Shown here one piece after another: positions 16,887 through 27,180 of a stretch of DNA of 40,280 bases. The stretch comes from an uncultured Bacilli bacterium (lineage in GTDB: Bacteria > Bacillota_I > Bacilli_A > RF39 > UBA660), in the NCBI GenBank assembly GCA_944358805.1, contig CALVSD010000002.1:1-40280 (forward strand), in the 5' to 3' direction. The notes beneath the pieces were generated by a model. That model worked only from the letters and a program-made list of their open reading frames with translations, made no database searches and had not been told where the DNA came from. A program made the position numbers and the translations under genes. Position 1 is the first letter of the stretch; each line of letters opens with the position of its first letter.

Positions 16887-19496
16887 TTATTCATCTTTAA
16901 ATAATTTTACTATAACTGGTTTTAATAATTCTATTATTATAAAAGAAATTAAATTAACAATAAATACAAATATAATTTGTGAAAAAGTTACTTGAACAAG
17001 TCCAAATAATTTACCAACTGGCGTTAAAAATACTATTAATTGTATAACCATTAGAAAAAGTATACCAGCATTTAAATATTTATTACTAAATATTCCCCTT
17101 TTATATATTTGTTCTTTTAAAGAACGACAGTTATAAGCAAAAACAAATTCATTTATGATTATACTAAATAACGCTAATGTTTGAGCAACTGATACTCCTA
17201 AATCTATATAATGATAATATATGTATAAACTAATTAAAGTCTCTAATATAACAGAAACAATTAGAAAAGCACTAAAGAAATTAGTAAATATTCTTTTATT
17301 TAATCCTTTAGGTTTCCTCTTCATAATATCTTTAGAAGCACCTTCAAATGCTAATGTTATTGAAGGTAAAGTATCAGCTACTAAATCAATATATAATACA
17401 TGTATTGCAGATATTATTATATTACCTGTTAACATACCAAATAATATTATTGCTATTTCTGTAAAGTTACTAGATAAATTATATAATATATTAGTTATAA
17501 CATTATCATAAATTCTTCTACCTTCTGATATAGCTACAGTTATAGTATTAAAACTATCATCAAGTAAGATAATATCAGCAGTATCTTTAGTAACATCAGT
17601 ACCACTTTTACCCATTCCTACACCAACATTAGCAAGTTTTATCGCCGGAGCATCATTTACTCCATCTCCAGTCATTGCTACTACTTTACCTATTTTTTGA
17701 AAACATTTAACTATTTGTAATTTATTTTCTGGACTAACTCTTGCAAATACAGAGTATTTTTTTATATATTTAATTAATTCTTTTTGGCTAAGTCCCTCTA
17801 ATTCAGTTGCATTAATACATTCTTCTTCACTTTTACATATTCCTACTTCTTTAGCAATAGAAGTTGCTGTAGTTAGGTTATCCCCAGTTAACATAATTGG
17901 TCTAATATTAGCACTTAAACATTCTTTAATAGATTCTTTAATATTATCACGAACAGGATCTTTTAAACCAATAACTCCTAATAATATTAAATTATTTTCT
18001 TCTTCATTATATTTTTCTTCACAAACATCTTTATTATCAATTACTTTATAAGCAAAGGCAATTACTTTAAGTCCTAAACTAGCCATTAAGCTTTCCATTT
18101 CAATATGTTTATCTTTAACTTCCTTATTGATTTTAGTAATTTTTCCATCAATCAAAACAAAATTACATCTATCTAATATAGAACCTAAACTACCTTTTGT
18201 GTATATTACTTTTTCATTATTTACTTCATAAATAGTACTCATCATCTTTCTATCTGAGTCAAAAGGTATTTCAAACAACTTTTTATCTTTACCATTTTTT
18301 ATATTATTATCTTTTAAATAATTTTTTAAAGCAACATCTACAGAGTCCCCTGTATAAGTATTCTTTTCACTAACAACAGCAGAATTAGCATAATCAATAG
18401 TCTTAATAAATTCAATATTATTTTTAAGTTCACTTATAGGTGTTTCTTTTAAATTAGAAAATACTTTAATTACTTCCATTTTATTTTCAGTAAGAGTACC
18501 TGTTTTGTCAGTACATATAGCTTCAGTAGAACCTAGTGTTTCTATGGCTGCTAAATTTCTTACTATCGATTTTTTCTTTGCCATTTGACTAACACCAATT
18601 GATAAAGTTGCAGTTATTGCAATAGGTAAACATTCAGGAACACTAGCTACAATCATAGAAATACATAGCATTATAATATTCATAAAAGTATAACCATTAA
18701 TTATTCCATAAATTAAAACAAACGCTATTAAAATAGAGGCTATTATTAATATAAATTTACTAGTTTTTTCAACTTTCATCTGAAGTGGTGTAAGAGGTTC
18801 TGCACTATCGCTCATAACTGAAGCAATTTTTCCAAGTTCTGTATTCATTCCTGTTGCTACTACTACTGCTTCTACTTTTCCTGTAACAAGAATTGTTCCA
18901 GAATATACCATATTATTTCTATTTGAAAGTAATACATCATCACTAATTACTTCATCATCTTTACTTACGCTTTCACTTTCCCCAGTTAAAATAGATTCAT
19001 CAGTTTTAGCAAAATAACTTTTTACTATTCTAGCATCTGCTGGTATTTTATCCCCTGACTCTAGTATAATATAGTCTCCTACTACTAAATTTTTAGAATT
19101 AATTTCACTATGTTTATTATTTCTTTTAACAGTTACATAATTAGCAGAATATTTTTTTAATTTACCAATTGCATCTTCTGCTTTTGATTCTTGTAAAAAT
19201 CCCATAAAACAATTTACTAAAGTCGTACCTAAAATAACTATTGGTTCTAAAAAATCTTCTTTATTAATTATTGCATATACTAAAGATAAAATACCTACTA
19301 CTAAAAGAAGTATTATCATAACATTTTTAAATTGATCTAAAAATATTTGCAATTTACTTTTCTTATCTTTTTCTTCTAACACATTTTTACCATATACTTT
19401 TTGTAAACTTTTTACTTTAGATAGTGATAATCCTTTATCTGAAGTTTCTAATTCTTTGTATATTTCATCAATACTTTTCTTATATGCATCTTTCAC
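16887..19496 (-). CDS. yloB: P-type (type II, Ca2+-like) cation-transporting ATPase
   Basis: TGES, the phosphorylation site ICTDKTGTLT, the hinge MTGDGVNDAPAIK, and about 10 transmembrane segments. GTG start after GGGTGG. Confidence 0.93.
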   Translation of the reverse strand: MKDAYKKSIDEIYKELETSDKGLSLSKVKSLQKVYGKNVLEEKDKKSKLQIFLDQFKNVMIILLLVVGILSLVYAIINKEDFLEPIVILGTTLVNCFMGFLQESKAEDAIGKLKKYSANYVTVKRNNKHSEINSKNLVVGDYIILESGDKIPADARIVKSYFAKTDESILTGESESVSKDDEVISDDVLLSNRNNMVYSGTILVTGKVEAVVVATGMNTELGKIASVMSDSAEPLTPLQMKVEKTSKFILIIASILIAFVLIYGIINGYTFMNIIMLCISMIVASVPECLPIAITATLSIGVSQMAKKKSIVRNLAAIETLGSTEAICTDKTGTLTENKMEVIKVFSNLKETPISELKNNIEFIKTIDYANSAVVSEKNTYTGDSVDVALKNYLKDNNIKNGKDKKLFEIPFDSDRKMMSTIYEVNNEKVIYTKGSLGSILDRCNFVLIDGKITKINKEVKDKHIEMESLMASLGLKVIAFAYKVIDNKDVCEEKYNEEENNLILLGVIGLKDPVRDNIKESIKECLSANIRPIMLTGDNLTTATSIAKEVGICKSEEECINATELEGLSQKELIKYIKKYSVFARVSPENKLQIVKCFQKIGKVVAMTGDGVNDAPAIKLANVGVGMGKSGTDVTKDTADIILLDDSFNTITVAISEGRRIYDNVITNILYNLSSNFTEIAIILFGMLTGNIIISAIHVLYIDLVADTLPSITLAFEGASKDIMKRKPKGLNKRIFTNFFSAFLIVSVILETLISLYIYYHYIDLGVSVAQTLALFSIIINEFVFAYNCRSLKEQIYKRGIFSNKYLNAGILFLMVIQLIVFLTPVGKLFGLVQVTFSQIIFVFIVNLISFIIIELLKPVIVKLFKDE

Positions 19497-19559
19497 TTAT
19501 ACCACCCAATTCTATATTATTTTCTATAACTATTATAACATTTTTTAGTAAAATGTAAC

Positions 19560-19598
19560 AAAAAAAGAAGACTTTTTTATTTTTTATCATCAGTCTTC
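19560..19598 (-). terminator. hairpin plus T7 after the pentapeptide-repeat gene
   Basis: Stem GAAGACT / AGTCTTC with an 18-nt loop, then TTTTTTT on the minus strand. Confidence 0.45.
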
Positions 19599-19766
19599 TC
19601 TTTATTATCTTCTACTTCTTTATAGTAATTAATTCCTTTTTTATACCCTTTTCTTATTTGATTCTTAATATTATCATTAATTACTTTTTGTTCTAATGCT
19701 TTTATTTCATCGTTATTAATATTAAATCACCTCATATATAGTATTTACAATATATATGAAGTTATA

Positions 19767-20396
19767 CTAATCTTTTACTTCTATTCCAAGTAAACTAACT
19801 ATAGAAACAGCTTGGTAACTATTTACAATTACTCCTTTAATACTATTTATATCTACTTTTATATTATCAATATTAGAATTAGATAAATCTACCTTATTCA
19901 TACTTGTATTATAAATATCTGCTTTTGTTAAATTACAATTATCAAAATTTATATTTTCTACTTTTGTTTCTATTAAACTTAATTCTGTTAAATCAGAATT
20001 TATAAAACTTACATTTTTTAATTTAGCATAAGATAAATTGCCATACCTAAAAGTAGTATCAATAAACTCTATATTATTTAATGATGAAAAAGAAAAATCG
20101 CATCCAGTTAATTTACAATCCTTAAATATTACACGGTGAATACCACATTTATTAAATACTTTATTAGATAAATTACAATGTTCAAATATTACATCTACTA
20201 AACTTACGTCAGATAACTGGATATTACTAAAATCAACATTAGTAAATTTACAGCTATCAATAGTTACATTATTAAAACTTATATTACTAGTACTATTGTC
20301 TTTAATACAGACACCACATAAGTCTTCACTTTCAATATATTCTTCAAAAGTGCTATCAATTAAATTATTTATCTTAGGTTTTACTATTTTATTCAT
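19767..20396 (-). CDS. Qnr/MfpA-like pentapeptide repeat protein, 209 aa
   Basis: Continuous A(D/N)LxX-type pentapeptide repeats. The C-terminal NSYQAVSIVSLLGIEV resembles the Qnr C-terminus (NYQASLLMERLGIAV, from memory). Its start overlaps the rpe stop by 8 nt. Confidence 0.7.
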   Translation of the reverse strand: MNKIVKPKINNLIDSTFEEYIESEDLCGVCIKDNSTSNISFNNVTIDSCKFTNVDFSNIQLSDVSLVDVIFEHCNLSNKVFNKCGIHRVIFKDCKLTGCDFSFSSLNNIEFIDTTFRYGNLSYAKLKNVSFINSDLTELSLIETKVENINFDNCNLTKADIYNTSMNKVDLSNSNIDNIKVDINSIKGVIVNSYQAVSIVSLLGIEVKD

Positions 20397-21018
20397 TATT
20401 GCTTCTTAATATATCTATTTTTTCTTGATAATTAGTACTATTAGTAATATAAGAACCTACAACTGCTATATCAATATTACTTATAAATTTTATAGTGTTG
20501 TTATTAATTCCACCATCGACTGCTATTTTTATCTTTCTGTTACCTATAAGATTTTTAATTTTGTTTATTCTATTTACAGTACCTTCTATAAATTTTTGTC
20601 CTCCCATTCCTGGTTCAACACTCATAACTAAAATTAAATCAATATCATCTAAATATTCTTTCAATACATTAATATTAGTATTTGGTTTAATAGATAATCC
20701 TACTTTATAATTATTCTCTTTAACTTTATTTATTATTTCTTTAACATCATTTAATTCAACATGAAAAGTAAAGTATTCTAAATTATATTCTTTTAACTCA
20801 TTTAAATATTTAATCGGATCATTTACCATAAAATGTGCATCTATTTTTTTATTAGAGTTATTTATTATATATTTAATTTCTTCTATGTTATAAGAAGTAT
20901 TTGATACAAACATTCCATCCATAACATCTAAATGTAAATAATCAGTATTTGTATTATTTGCTTTATTAATAGCTTCTTCAATACTACTACACGATAATAT
21001 TGATAAAGATATTTCCAT
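20389..21018 (-). CDS. rpe: ribulose-phosphate 3-epimerase
   Basis: HLDVMDGMFV, MSVEPGMGGQKF and VDGGIN motifs. Confidence 0.93.
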   Translation of the reverse strand: MEISLSILSCSSIEEAINKANNTNTDYLHLDVMDGMFVSNTSYNIEEIKYIINNSNKKIDAHFMVNDPIKYLNELKEYNLEYFTFHVELNDVKEIINKVKENNYKVGLSIKPNTNINVLKEYLDDIDLILVMSVEPGMGGQKFIEGTVNRINKIKNLIGNRKIKIAVDGGINNNTIKFISNIDIAVVGSYITNSTNYQEKIDILRSNNE

Positions 21019-21022
21019 AGTA

Positions 21023-21856
21023 TCACTTTCTTTCTATAAAACTTTTATAATTATTGTATCTACTTTGTAGTATTTCGCCTGTTTCTACTTTCTTTTTTAC
21101 TGCACATCCGTCTTCCTTAATATGCATACAATCTCTGTATTTACAATCATCTAAATTATCATACATTTCTTTCATATTATCTCTAATACCAACATTAGGA
21201 ATATCAGCTAAATCAATCGCCGAAAATCCTGGAGTATCCACAACTAAACCATCATATATATGATATAGTTCAACGTGTCTTGTTGTATGTTTTCCTCTTC
21301 CTAATGCTTTAGATATTTCATTAGTCTTTAATTCTAAATTCTTATCTAAGGTATTTAGTAAAGTAGATTTGCCTGCTCCTGATTGACCTGTTATTACTGT
21401 AACTTTATTTTTCAATATTTCTTTTAATTCATTTCTGTCAGTATTTAAAATGACTTTATATCCAATACTTTTATAGTATTCTATATATTTTTTTATTTCT
21501 TTTAATTCACTATCATTTAATAAATCTAATTTTGTTAAACATATAATTGGTTTTATATTATTATAGGTTATAACTACTAGTAATTTATCTAATAAGTTTG
21601 TACTAAAATCAGGTTCTTTAACACTAGTTGCTATTAAAGCTTGGTCAATATTAGCAACACTAGGTCTAATTAACATATTCTTTCTTGGTTTTATTTCTAA
21701 TATATATTTGTTATCTGGATCTATTACTACATTGTCTCCTACTAAAGGAGTTATTTTATCGTTACGAAATTTTCCTCTAGGTTTACATGTATATTCTCCA
21801 TTTTTACATAATACTACATAATCATTACTTATATTTTTAATAATTATTCCTTCCAT
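21023..21856 (-). CDS. rsgA: ribosome small-subunit-dependent GTPase A
   Basis: OB fold, a permuted GTPase (LTKLDL, GQSGAGKSTLLN, DTPGF), and a C-terminal Cys/His zinc cluster. Confidence 0.93.
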   Translation of the reverse strand: MEGIIIKNISNDYVVLCKNGEYTCKPRGKFRNDKITPLVGDNVVIDPDNKYILEIKPRKNMLIRPSVANIDQALIATSVKEPDFSTNLLDKLLVVITYNNIKPIICLTKLDLLNDSELKEIKKYIEYYKSIGYKVILNTDRNELKEILKNKVTVITGQSGAGKSTLLNTLDKNLELKTNEISKALGRGKHTTRHVELYHIYDGLVVDTPGFSAIDLADIPNVGIRDNMKEMYDNLDDCKYRDCMHIKEDGCAVKKKVETGEILQSRYNNYKSFIERK

Positions 21857-21913
21857 TTAATCACCATCACTATAAATATTATAACATTTCCTTTTGATAC
21901 ACGCAATTGTATA

Positions 21914-21940
21914 ACAAAAAGAGAATTATAAAATTCTCCT
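21914..21940 (-). terminator. terminator after prkC
   Basis: Stem GAGAATT / AATTCTC with a 4-nt loop, then T5 on the minus strand. Overlaps the prkC stop. Confidence 0.5.
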
Positions 21941-23694
21941 TAATTATTTTCTTTATCTTCATTACCTGGAATTAAATCATCAATAGGTTCTTCTTTACTT
22001 TTTTCTTTAGCTACTGTAACTTTAAGTGTTATTCCTTTTATAATAGTATCTCCTGCTGGTCTTCCTTGAGAAATAATTGTTCCTGGTTCTTCTTCACTTT
22101 CTTCTTCAGTAATATCTAATGTAAGGCCATATTCATCTGCAAATGCTTGAGCATCTTCTAAAGTCCATTTTTCTGCTACCATATCAGGATAAACGTCTAC
22201 TATATTAGGAATATATAAAGTCATAGTATCTCCTTTTTCAAGTTTTAACTCTTCATCTTTATTATATTTAGGAGTTTGATCAATTATTTGATTTTCTTTT
22301 CCTTTATAATCTTCTGGATTATCAACATCTTTTTTCTCTACTAAAACATTTATTCCCATAAGTTCTAATTTAGCTTTTATTTCTACATAATTTTTCCCAG
22401 TTAAATCTTCTACTGTATAATATTCTCCTCCAATAGATTCAATTATTGTAATAACTGTTCCTTCTTTTCTAGTAGATCCCGCTTTAGGACTAGTACTAAT
22501 TACATGTCCTTCTTCTACTTCACTACTATTTTCTTCTTTGGTAGTATATTTAAATCCATGTTTTTCTAATTCTTCTATTGCTTCTTCTACTGTCATATTA
22601 GTAACATCAGGCACTTTAACATCTTCTACCTTTTTACCCATTACAACAAAAGCAAAAATTAATGCAATAACAACAAACAAAACTAATATCGAAGACAAAA
22701 TTATAATTATTTTATTTTTACTTTTTGATTCAATAACAACAGGTTCTTTATCTATCATTTTTTCTTCTTCTGTTGGTTTATCAACAACTTTTTTTGGTTT
22801 GCTTACAGTATTTGTTTTTGGTTCATCTAAATCGTTTTCTGGATATTCAAAAACAATTTTCTTTTCATTTTCCTTTTCCATTGCACTTACTATGTCATCA
22901 TGCATTTCTTTTACTGTATCATATCTATTTCTTGGATTTTTAGCGCATGCCTTAATAACTATATTTTCAACACTTTGGGGGATTAATGGATTTTGTTTTC
23001 TAATACTAGGTAATTTTTCTTTCATATGCTTTAAAGCTATTTCTACAGCATTATCCCCTTTAAAAGGAACTGAACCAGTAAGCAGTTCATACATAAGAAT
23101 ACCTAAAGAATATATATCACTTTTTACCGTTGCACTTTTACCATTTGCCTGTTCTGGTGGCAAATAATGAACTGTACCCATTACCGAATTAGTTTGAGTA
23201 AATTGAGTTGCATTAACAGCCATAGCAATACCAAAATCAGTTATTTTAATCGTTCCATTATCTTCGATCATAATATTTTGTGGTTTTATATCTCTGTGAA
23301 TAATATAAGCTTCATGAGCATGAGCAAGACCATCTGTAAGTTGTGTCATTATATCAATAACTTCAGGAAGTGTTAAAGCTCCTCTTTTATATAATAGTTG
23401 TTTTAATGTTTTACCTTCAATATACTCCATAACTATATAATATTGTCCATCCTCTTCTCCAACATCATATACTTCTACTATATTAGGATGAGATAAATTA
23501 GATACAGATAAAGCTTCTCTTTGAAATCTTCTAATAAATTTTTCATCTGTAGAAAGATCTCCTCTTAATACTTTAACAGCTACTTGTCTATCCAATATTG
23601 TATCTTTTGCTAAATATACATTAGCCATTCCACCTTCGCCAATTGATTTAATAATTTCATATCTATCATTAATCTTTTGCCCCTTTGATAGCAT
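21940..23694 (-). CDS. prkC: Ser/Thr protein kinase with three PASTA domains
   Basis: Hanks kinase motifs (GEGGMANVY, HRDIKPQN, DFG), one transmembrane segment, and three PASTA-like repeats. Confidence 0.95.
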   Translation of the reverse strand: MLSKGQKINDRYEIIKSIGEGGMANVYLAKDTILDRQVAVKVLRGDLSTDEKFIRRFQREALSVSNLSHPNIVEVYDVGEEDGQYYIVMEYIEGKTLKQLLYKRGALTLPEVIDIMTQLTDGLAHAHEAYIIHRDIKPQNIMIEDNGTIKITDFGIAMAVNATQFTQTNSVMGTVHYLPPEQANGKSATVKSDIYSLGILMYELLTGSVPFKGDNAVEIALKHMKEKLPSIRKQNPLIPQSVENIVIKACAKNPRNRYDTVKEMHDDIVSAMEKENEKKIVFEYPENDLDEPKTNTVSKPKKVVDKPTEEEKMIDKEPVVIESKSKNKIIIILSSILVLFVVIALIFAFVVMGKKVEDVKVPDVTNMTVEEAIEELEKHGFKYTTKEENSSEVEEGHVISTSPKAGSTRKEGTVITIIESIGGEYYTVEDLTGKNYVEIKAKLELMGINVLVEKKDVDNPEDYKGKENQIIDQTPKYNKDEELKLEKGDTMTLYIPNIVDVYPDMVAEKWTLEDAQAFADEYGLTLDITEEESEEEPGTIISQGRPAGDTIIKGITLKVTVAKEKSKEEPIDDLIPGNEDKENN

Positions 23695-24434
23695 TAAAAA
23701 TCACCACTTTCTTTTTTTAAATAAGCTATTGATATATTATCATTTCCCCCTCTTGAATTACTTTTTCTAATTAATTTAACAACTGCTTCTTCTATAGATA
23801 AATTACTATTTAATATTTTTTCTATTTGCTCGTCTGTTAACATATTTGTTAGTCCATCACTACATAAAAAGATTCCTTTAATATTAGTATCAACATCAAA
23901 TATATCTATTTCAATTGGGTCATTTGCACCAAGAGCCCTCATAAGAACATTTCTTCTAGGATGATATTTAGCTTCTTCTTCAGTTAACTCTCCGGTAGAT
24001 ACTAAAAGATTTACTAATGTATGATCTTTAGTTACTTTATGTAATTTTTCATTTTTCATTACATAACCAGAACTATCTCCAATATTTCCATATAATATAT
24101 AATCATTAGTTTTAATGGCTACTACTAATGTAGTGCCCATTCCTTTACTATCAGGATTCTTACTTGTATAATCAAATATCATATTATTAATTTCCACAAC
24201 AATATTTCTAAGCCAATCAATAGCATTTTCTTTAGTACCAAATGTTTCTAATTTTTCAAATTCATCATGTAAATGATCTATAGCTATCTGTGATGCTACT
24301 TCTCCAGCTTTATGTCCACCCATACCATCTGCTACTGCTAACAGAAATTCATTGTTATTATTATTTAATATTATTACACTATCTTCATTATGCGTCCTTA
24401 CTTTACCAGGATCTGTTAAATAAAACGTTTGCAT
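23694..24434 (-). CDS. prpC: PP2C-family Ser/Thr phosphatase
   Basis: NEDS, ADGMGGH, DGL and GGNDNIS motifs. 1-nt overlap with prkC. Confidence 0.93.
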   Translation of the reverse strand: MQTFYLTDPGKVRTHNEDSVIILNNNNNEFLLAVADGMGGHKAGEVASQIAIDHLHDEFEKLETFGTKENAIDWLRNIVVEINNMIFDYTSKNPDSKGMGTTLVVAIKTNDYILYGNIGDSSGYVMKNEKLHKVTKDHTLVNLLVSTGELTEEEAKYHPRRNVLMRALGANDPIEIDIFDVDTNIKGIFLCSDGLTNMLTDEQIEKILNSNLSIEEAVVKLIRKSNSRGGNDNISIAYLKKESGDF

Positions 24435-24450
24435 ACTTATTACTCCACCT

Positions 24451-25470
24451 TTACTTTATGTTATTTGCTCTTAACTGTCCACAAGCAGCATCAACTTTGC
24501 TTCCAAATTCTCTTCTTACAGTCACGTTTATACTACTTTTCTTAAGTATATCATAAAATTTCATAATTTGTTCATTTTTTGTTCTTTTAAACCCAATATT
24601 TTCCGTTTCATTGTAAGGTATCAAATTAACATAACATTTTATTCCCTTAAGTAATCTAGCTAAATCATATGCACACTCATTACTATCATTTACATTTTCT
24701 AATAAAATATATTCAAAAGTTACTCTTCTATTTGTCTTTTTTATATATTCACGAATAACTTCAATTAATTCTTTTATTTTATATACTCTATTTACTTTCA
24801 TAATTTTATTTCTTATTTCATCAGTCGGAGCATGTAAACTAATAGCAAGATTAACTTGTCCTTCTTCATTCATAAATTTTTTTATTCCAGGGATTAATCC
24901 ACAAGTTGATACTGTTATATGTCTAGATCCTATATCTATTCCTTTCCCTTCATTAATTATCTTAATAAACCTCATAACGTTATCATAATTATCAAAAGGT
25001 TCTCCAATTCCCATTACTACGACATGAGATATTCTTTTCTTTATATCCTCTTCTATTAAAAGTATTTGTTCTACTATTTCATAAGCTTCTAAATCTCTTA
25101 CTTTTTTAAGCCTTCCACTTTCACAAAAAGCACATCCCATATTACAACCTATTTGAGAAGATACACATATACTAATACCATAATCATGATACATTAATAC
25201 TGATTCTATTCTACCTCCATCAGAAAGTTCAAATAAATATTTAGATACATCTTTATCACTTTGCTTAAGAACAAGTTTAATTTTAAACATATCAAAATCT
25301 TGTTTTAATCTTTCCTTTATTTTATTTCCTATATTATTCATTTCATCAAAACTTTTAACTCGTTTTTTATATAAAAAATCATATACTTGTACTGCTCTAA
25401 ATTTTTTATCACCAATACTTATAAAATAATCTTCTAGTTCTTTTAAAGTTAAATCATATATATTTCTCAT
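24451..25470 (-). CDS. rlmN: 23S rRNA/tRNA m2A methyltransferase RlmN (radical SAM)
   Basis: The CNMGCAFC radical SAM cluster motif, and GEP and ACGQL motifs. Confidence 0.95.
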   Translation of the reverse strand: MRNIYDLTLKELEDYFISIGDKKFRAVQVYDFLYKKRVKSFDEMNNIGNKIKERLKQDFDMFKIKLVLKQSDKDVSKYLFELSDGGRIESVLMYHDYGISICVSSQIGCNMGCAFCESGRLKKVRDLEAYEIVEQILLIEEDIKKRISHVVVMGIGEPFDNYDNVMRFIKIINEGKGIDIGSRHITVSTCGLIPGIKKFMNEEGQVNLAISLHAPTDEIRNKIMKVNRVYKIKELIEVIREYIKKTNRRVTFEYILLENVNDSNECAYDLARLLKGIKCYVNLIPYNETENIGFKRTKNEQIMKFYDILKKSSINVTVRREFGSKVDAACGQLRANNIK

Positions 25471-25496
25471 AAATTCACCTACTAATTAATTATATC

Positions 25497-25525
25497 AAAA
25501 AGAACATATATTTTAAATATGTCCT
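25497..25525 (-). terminator. terminator after the 25550..26848 gene
   Basis: 9-bp stem AGGACAUAU / AUAUGUUCU (one G-U pair) with a 7-nt loop and a short U-run. Confidence 0.5.
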
Positions 25526-25549
25526 TTGTAGTAATATATAAATTTATTT

Positions 25550-26848
25550 TTATCCTAGAATATAAGGAGCTGTTTGAGTTCCTATTCCACCAGTAATAAG
25601 TACTGAAGAATTTAAATAAAGTGTTGGAAAAACAAAAGAAATATCAATGTTTGAAAAACTACGAAAAATATTACCAGAAGGTTGAACAATAAAAATTAGA
25701 TTTGAACGCGAAGAGTTTGTAGTAAGAGTTAATTGATATAAATCAGACTTATACAAATAATCATTAGTAGTACAATAAGGATACTTTCCCCAATCATACA
25801 TTGCCCGTTCTAAACATGACGTTCTATAGGTTGTTGATCCTCCACTTGTTGCATATCCATAATCCGAAGGATACATTAATCCTATTTTACCTATCCAATA
25901 TGTTGAATTTTCATCATATACGGTTATCCCTCTTTCTCTTGTATAAAACATACTCGCTGTTACATCATCATGTGTAGAACTACCCCCTAAATTCCAATAG
26001 GCATCTCCAATTAACTCTTTAGATTCAGTTGTTAAAAGATTATAATATTCGCTGTTTAAATATGTCTGTAAAGATGATCCTGACCAATCAGTGCTATTAC
26101 TACTATCCCATGCCAAATTATCTATTGACTGATATCTTATTATCTTAACTCTTTTTTCAGCACTGCCACTTACACTTGATTTAACATCAAAAACTCCTAT
26201 TATTCTCCACAATTCTCCATTAAATGATACATAATTATTAGGATTTTTTCCCATATATCTAGGATTTTTATCTGGATCATCATTATTCATTGTATCTGGA
26301 TTAGAACTTACTAAAGAAGTAATATATTCTGCAGCATTAACAGGCTCAAACATTTCATATTCTTCTGTTATTAATGTTTGATTGCTAGGTACTATTAAAT
26401 CTCCTCCATGTTCATAACCTGTAACAGGTACTAAAGTTAGACTAATATCACTACTACTATTATTTACTATTACTAAAGATATCTGTTTTTTTTCATTTTT
26501 ATTTATAGTACCACTTACACTATCTTTAGAACCAGACATTTGAGCTATCGTTATATTATCATTTTTAACAGAAGACGGTGTATAAGCAATTCCATAACTA
26601 ATAGTGCCATTATTATTATTTGTTAAAAAGATATCTAATACTTTTGTTGAACCAGCACCAACCTTTACTACTCTTCCAGTTTGATCTGTTATATCAAAAG
26701 TATAAGACATATCTACACTAGCAACATTAGTTTTATTCATTGTTACATCAGTAGCTAATGTTTGATATAAGCTTACTGTTATTAAACAAACTACCAATAA
26801 AGATAATAATACCATATCTCTTTTACTTATATTATTAAATATAGTCAT
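25550..26848 (-). CDS. secreted or anchored hypothetical protein, 432 aa
   Basis: N-terminal hydrophobic segment (MVLLSLLVVCLITVSLYQTLA), then a beta-rich Asn/Ser region and a Trp/Tyr-rich C-terminal domain (ELWRIIGVF..., AWDSSNSTDWSGSSLQTYLN). Family not identified with confidence. Confidence 0.65.
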   Translation of the reverse strand: MTIFNNISKRDMVLLSLLVVCLITVSLYQTLATDVTMNKTNVASVDMSYTFDITDQTGRVVKVGAGSTKVLDIFLTNNNNGTISYGIAYTPSSVKNDNITIAQMSGSKDSVSGTINKNEKKQISLVIVNNSSSDISLTLVPVTGYEHGGDLIVPSNQTLITEEYEMFEPVNAAEYITSLVSSNPDTMNNDDPDKNPRYMGKNPNNYVSFNGELWRIIGVFDVKSSVSGSAEKRVKIIRYQSIDNLAWDSSNSTDWSGSSLQTYLNSEYYNLLTTESKELIGDAYWNLGGSSTHDDVTASMFYTRERGITVYDENSTYWIGKIGLMYPSDYGYATSGGSTTYRTSCLERAMYDWGKYPYCTTNDYLYKSDLYQLTLTTNSSRSNLIFIVQPSGNIFRSFSNIDISFVFPTLYLNSSVLITGGIGTQTAPYILG

Positions 26849-26928
26849 ATATCCACACCCTTTTATTATCTATAACAATTATATAATAAATATTAAAAAT
26901 AAACAATAAAAAAAAGAAAATAAACCAA

Positions 26929-27165
26929 TTACTTATTTATTTTCTTATAATAATAATTAATAAACATATATGGAATTGAAAAAACAACACATCTTAATAA
27001 TAATATAATATTAGCAAGAAATGCTAATAAATAATAGTTATTTAAATCATTTATAAAATGTATATACATAATATATGTGATTAAACAAAATAAACAAGAC
27101 ACTACTGTAAACCATATAGATAAATATCTTAAATATTTTAATATTATTTTTTTGTTTTTCATCAT
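26929..27165 (-). CDS. small two-transmembrane membrane protein
   Basis: MMKNKK... follows GGTGA. Two hydrophobic helices. The TTG start used by the ORF track abuts the yunB stop in the same frame. Confidence 0.5.
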   Translation of the reverse strand: MMKNKKIILKYLRYLSIWFTVVSCLFCLITYIMYIHFINDLNNYYLLAFLANIILLLRCVVFSIPYMFINYYYKKINK

Positions 27166-27180
27166 ATCACCACAAAACAA

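Noticed and set aside
19582-19729. Minus-strand ORF of about 48 codons (…INNDEIKALEQKVINDNIKNQIRKGYKKGINYYKEVEDNKEKTDDKK) downstream of a GAGGTGA sequence
   Set aside because: There is no ATG, GTG or TTG in frame after the preceding TGA; only ATT is available. The 3' part coincides with the terminator hairpin of the upstream gene. This is not enough evidence for a gene.
22538-23167. 209-aa plus-strand ORF inside prkC, plus similar antisense ORFs at 3511..4062, 4897..5220, 8562..8861, 17221..17511 and 14974..15369
   Set aside because: All lie antisense to well-supported conserved genes. They encode low-complexity Ser/Phe/Ile/Leu-rich sequences typical of the complement of Lys/Glu/Asn-rich codons, and they lack RBS and family motifs.
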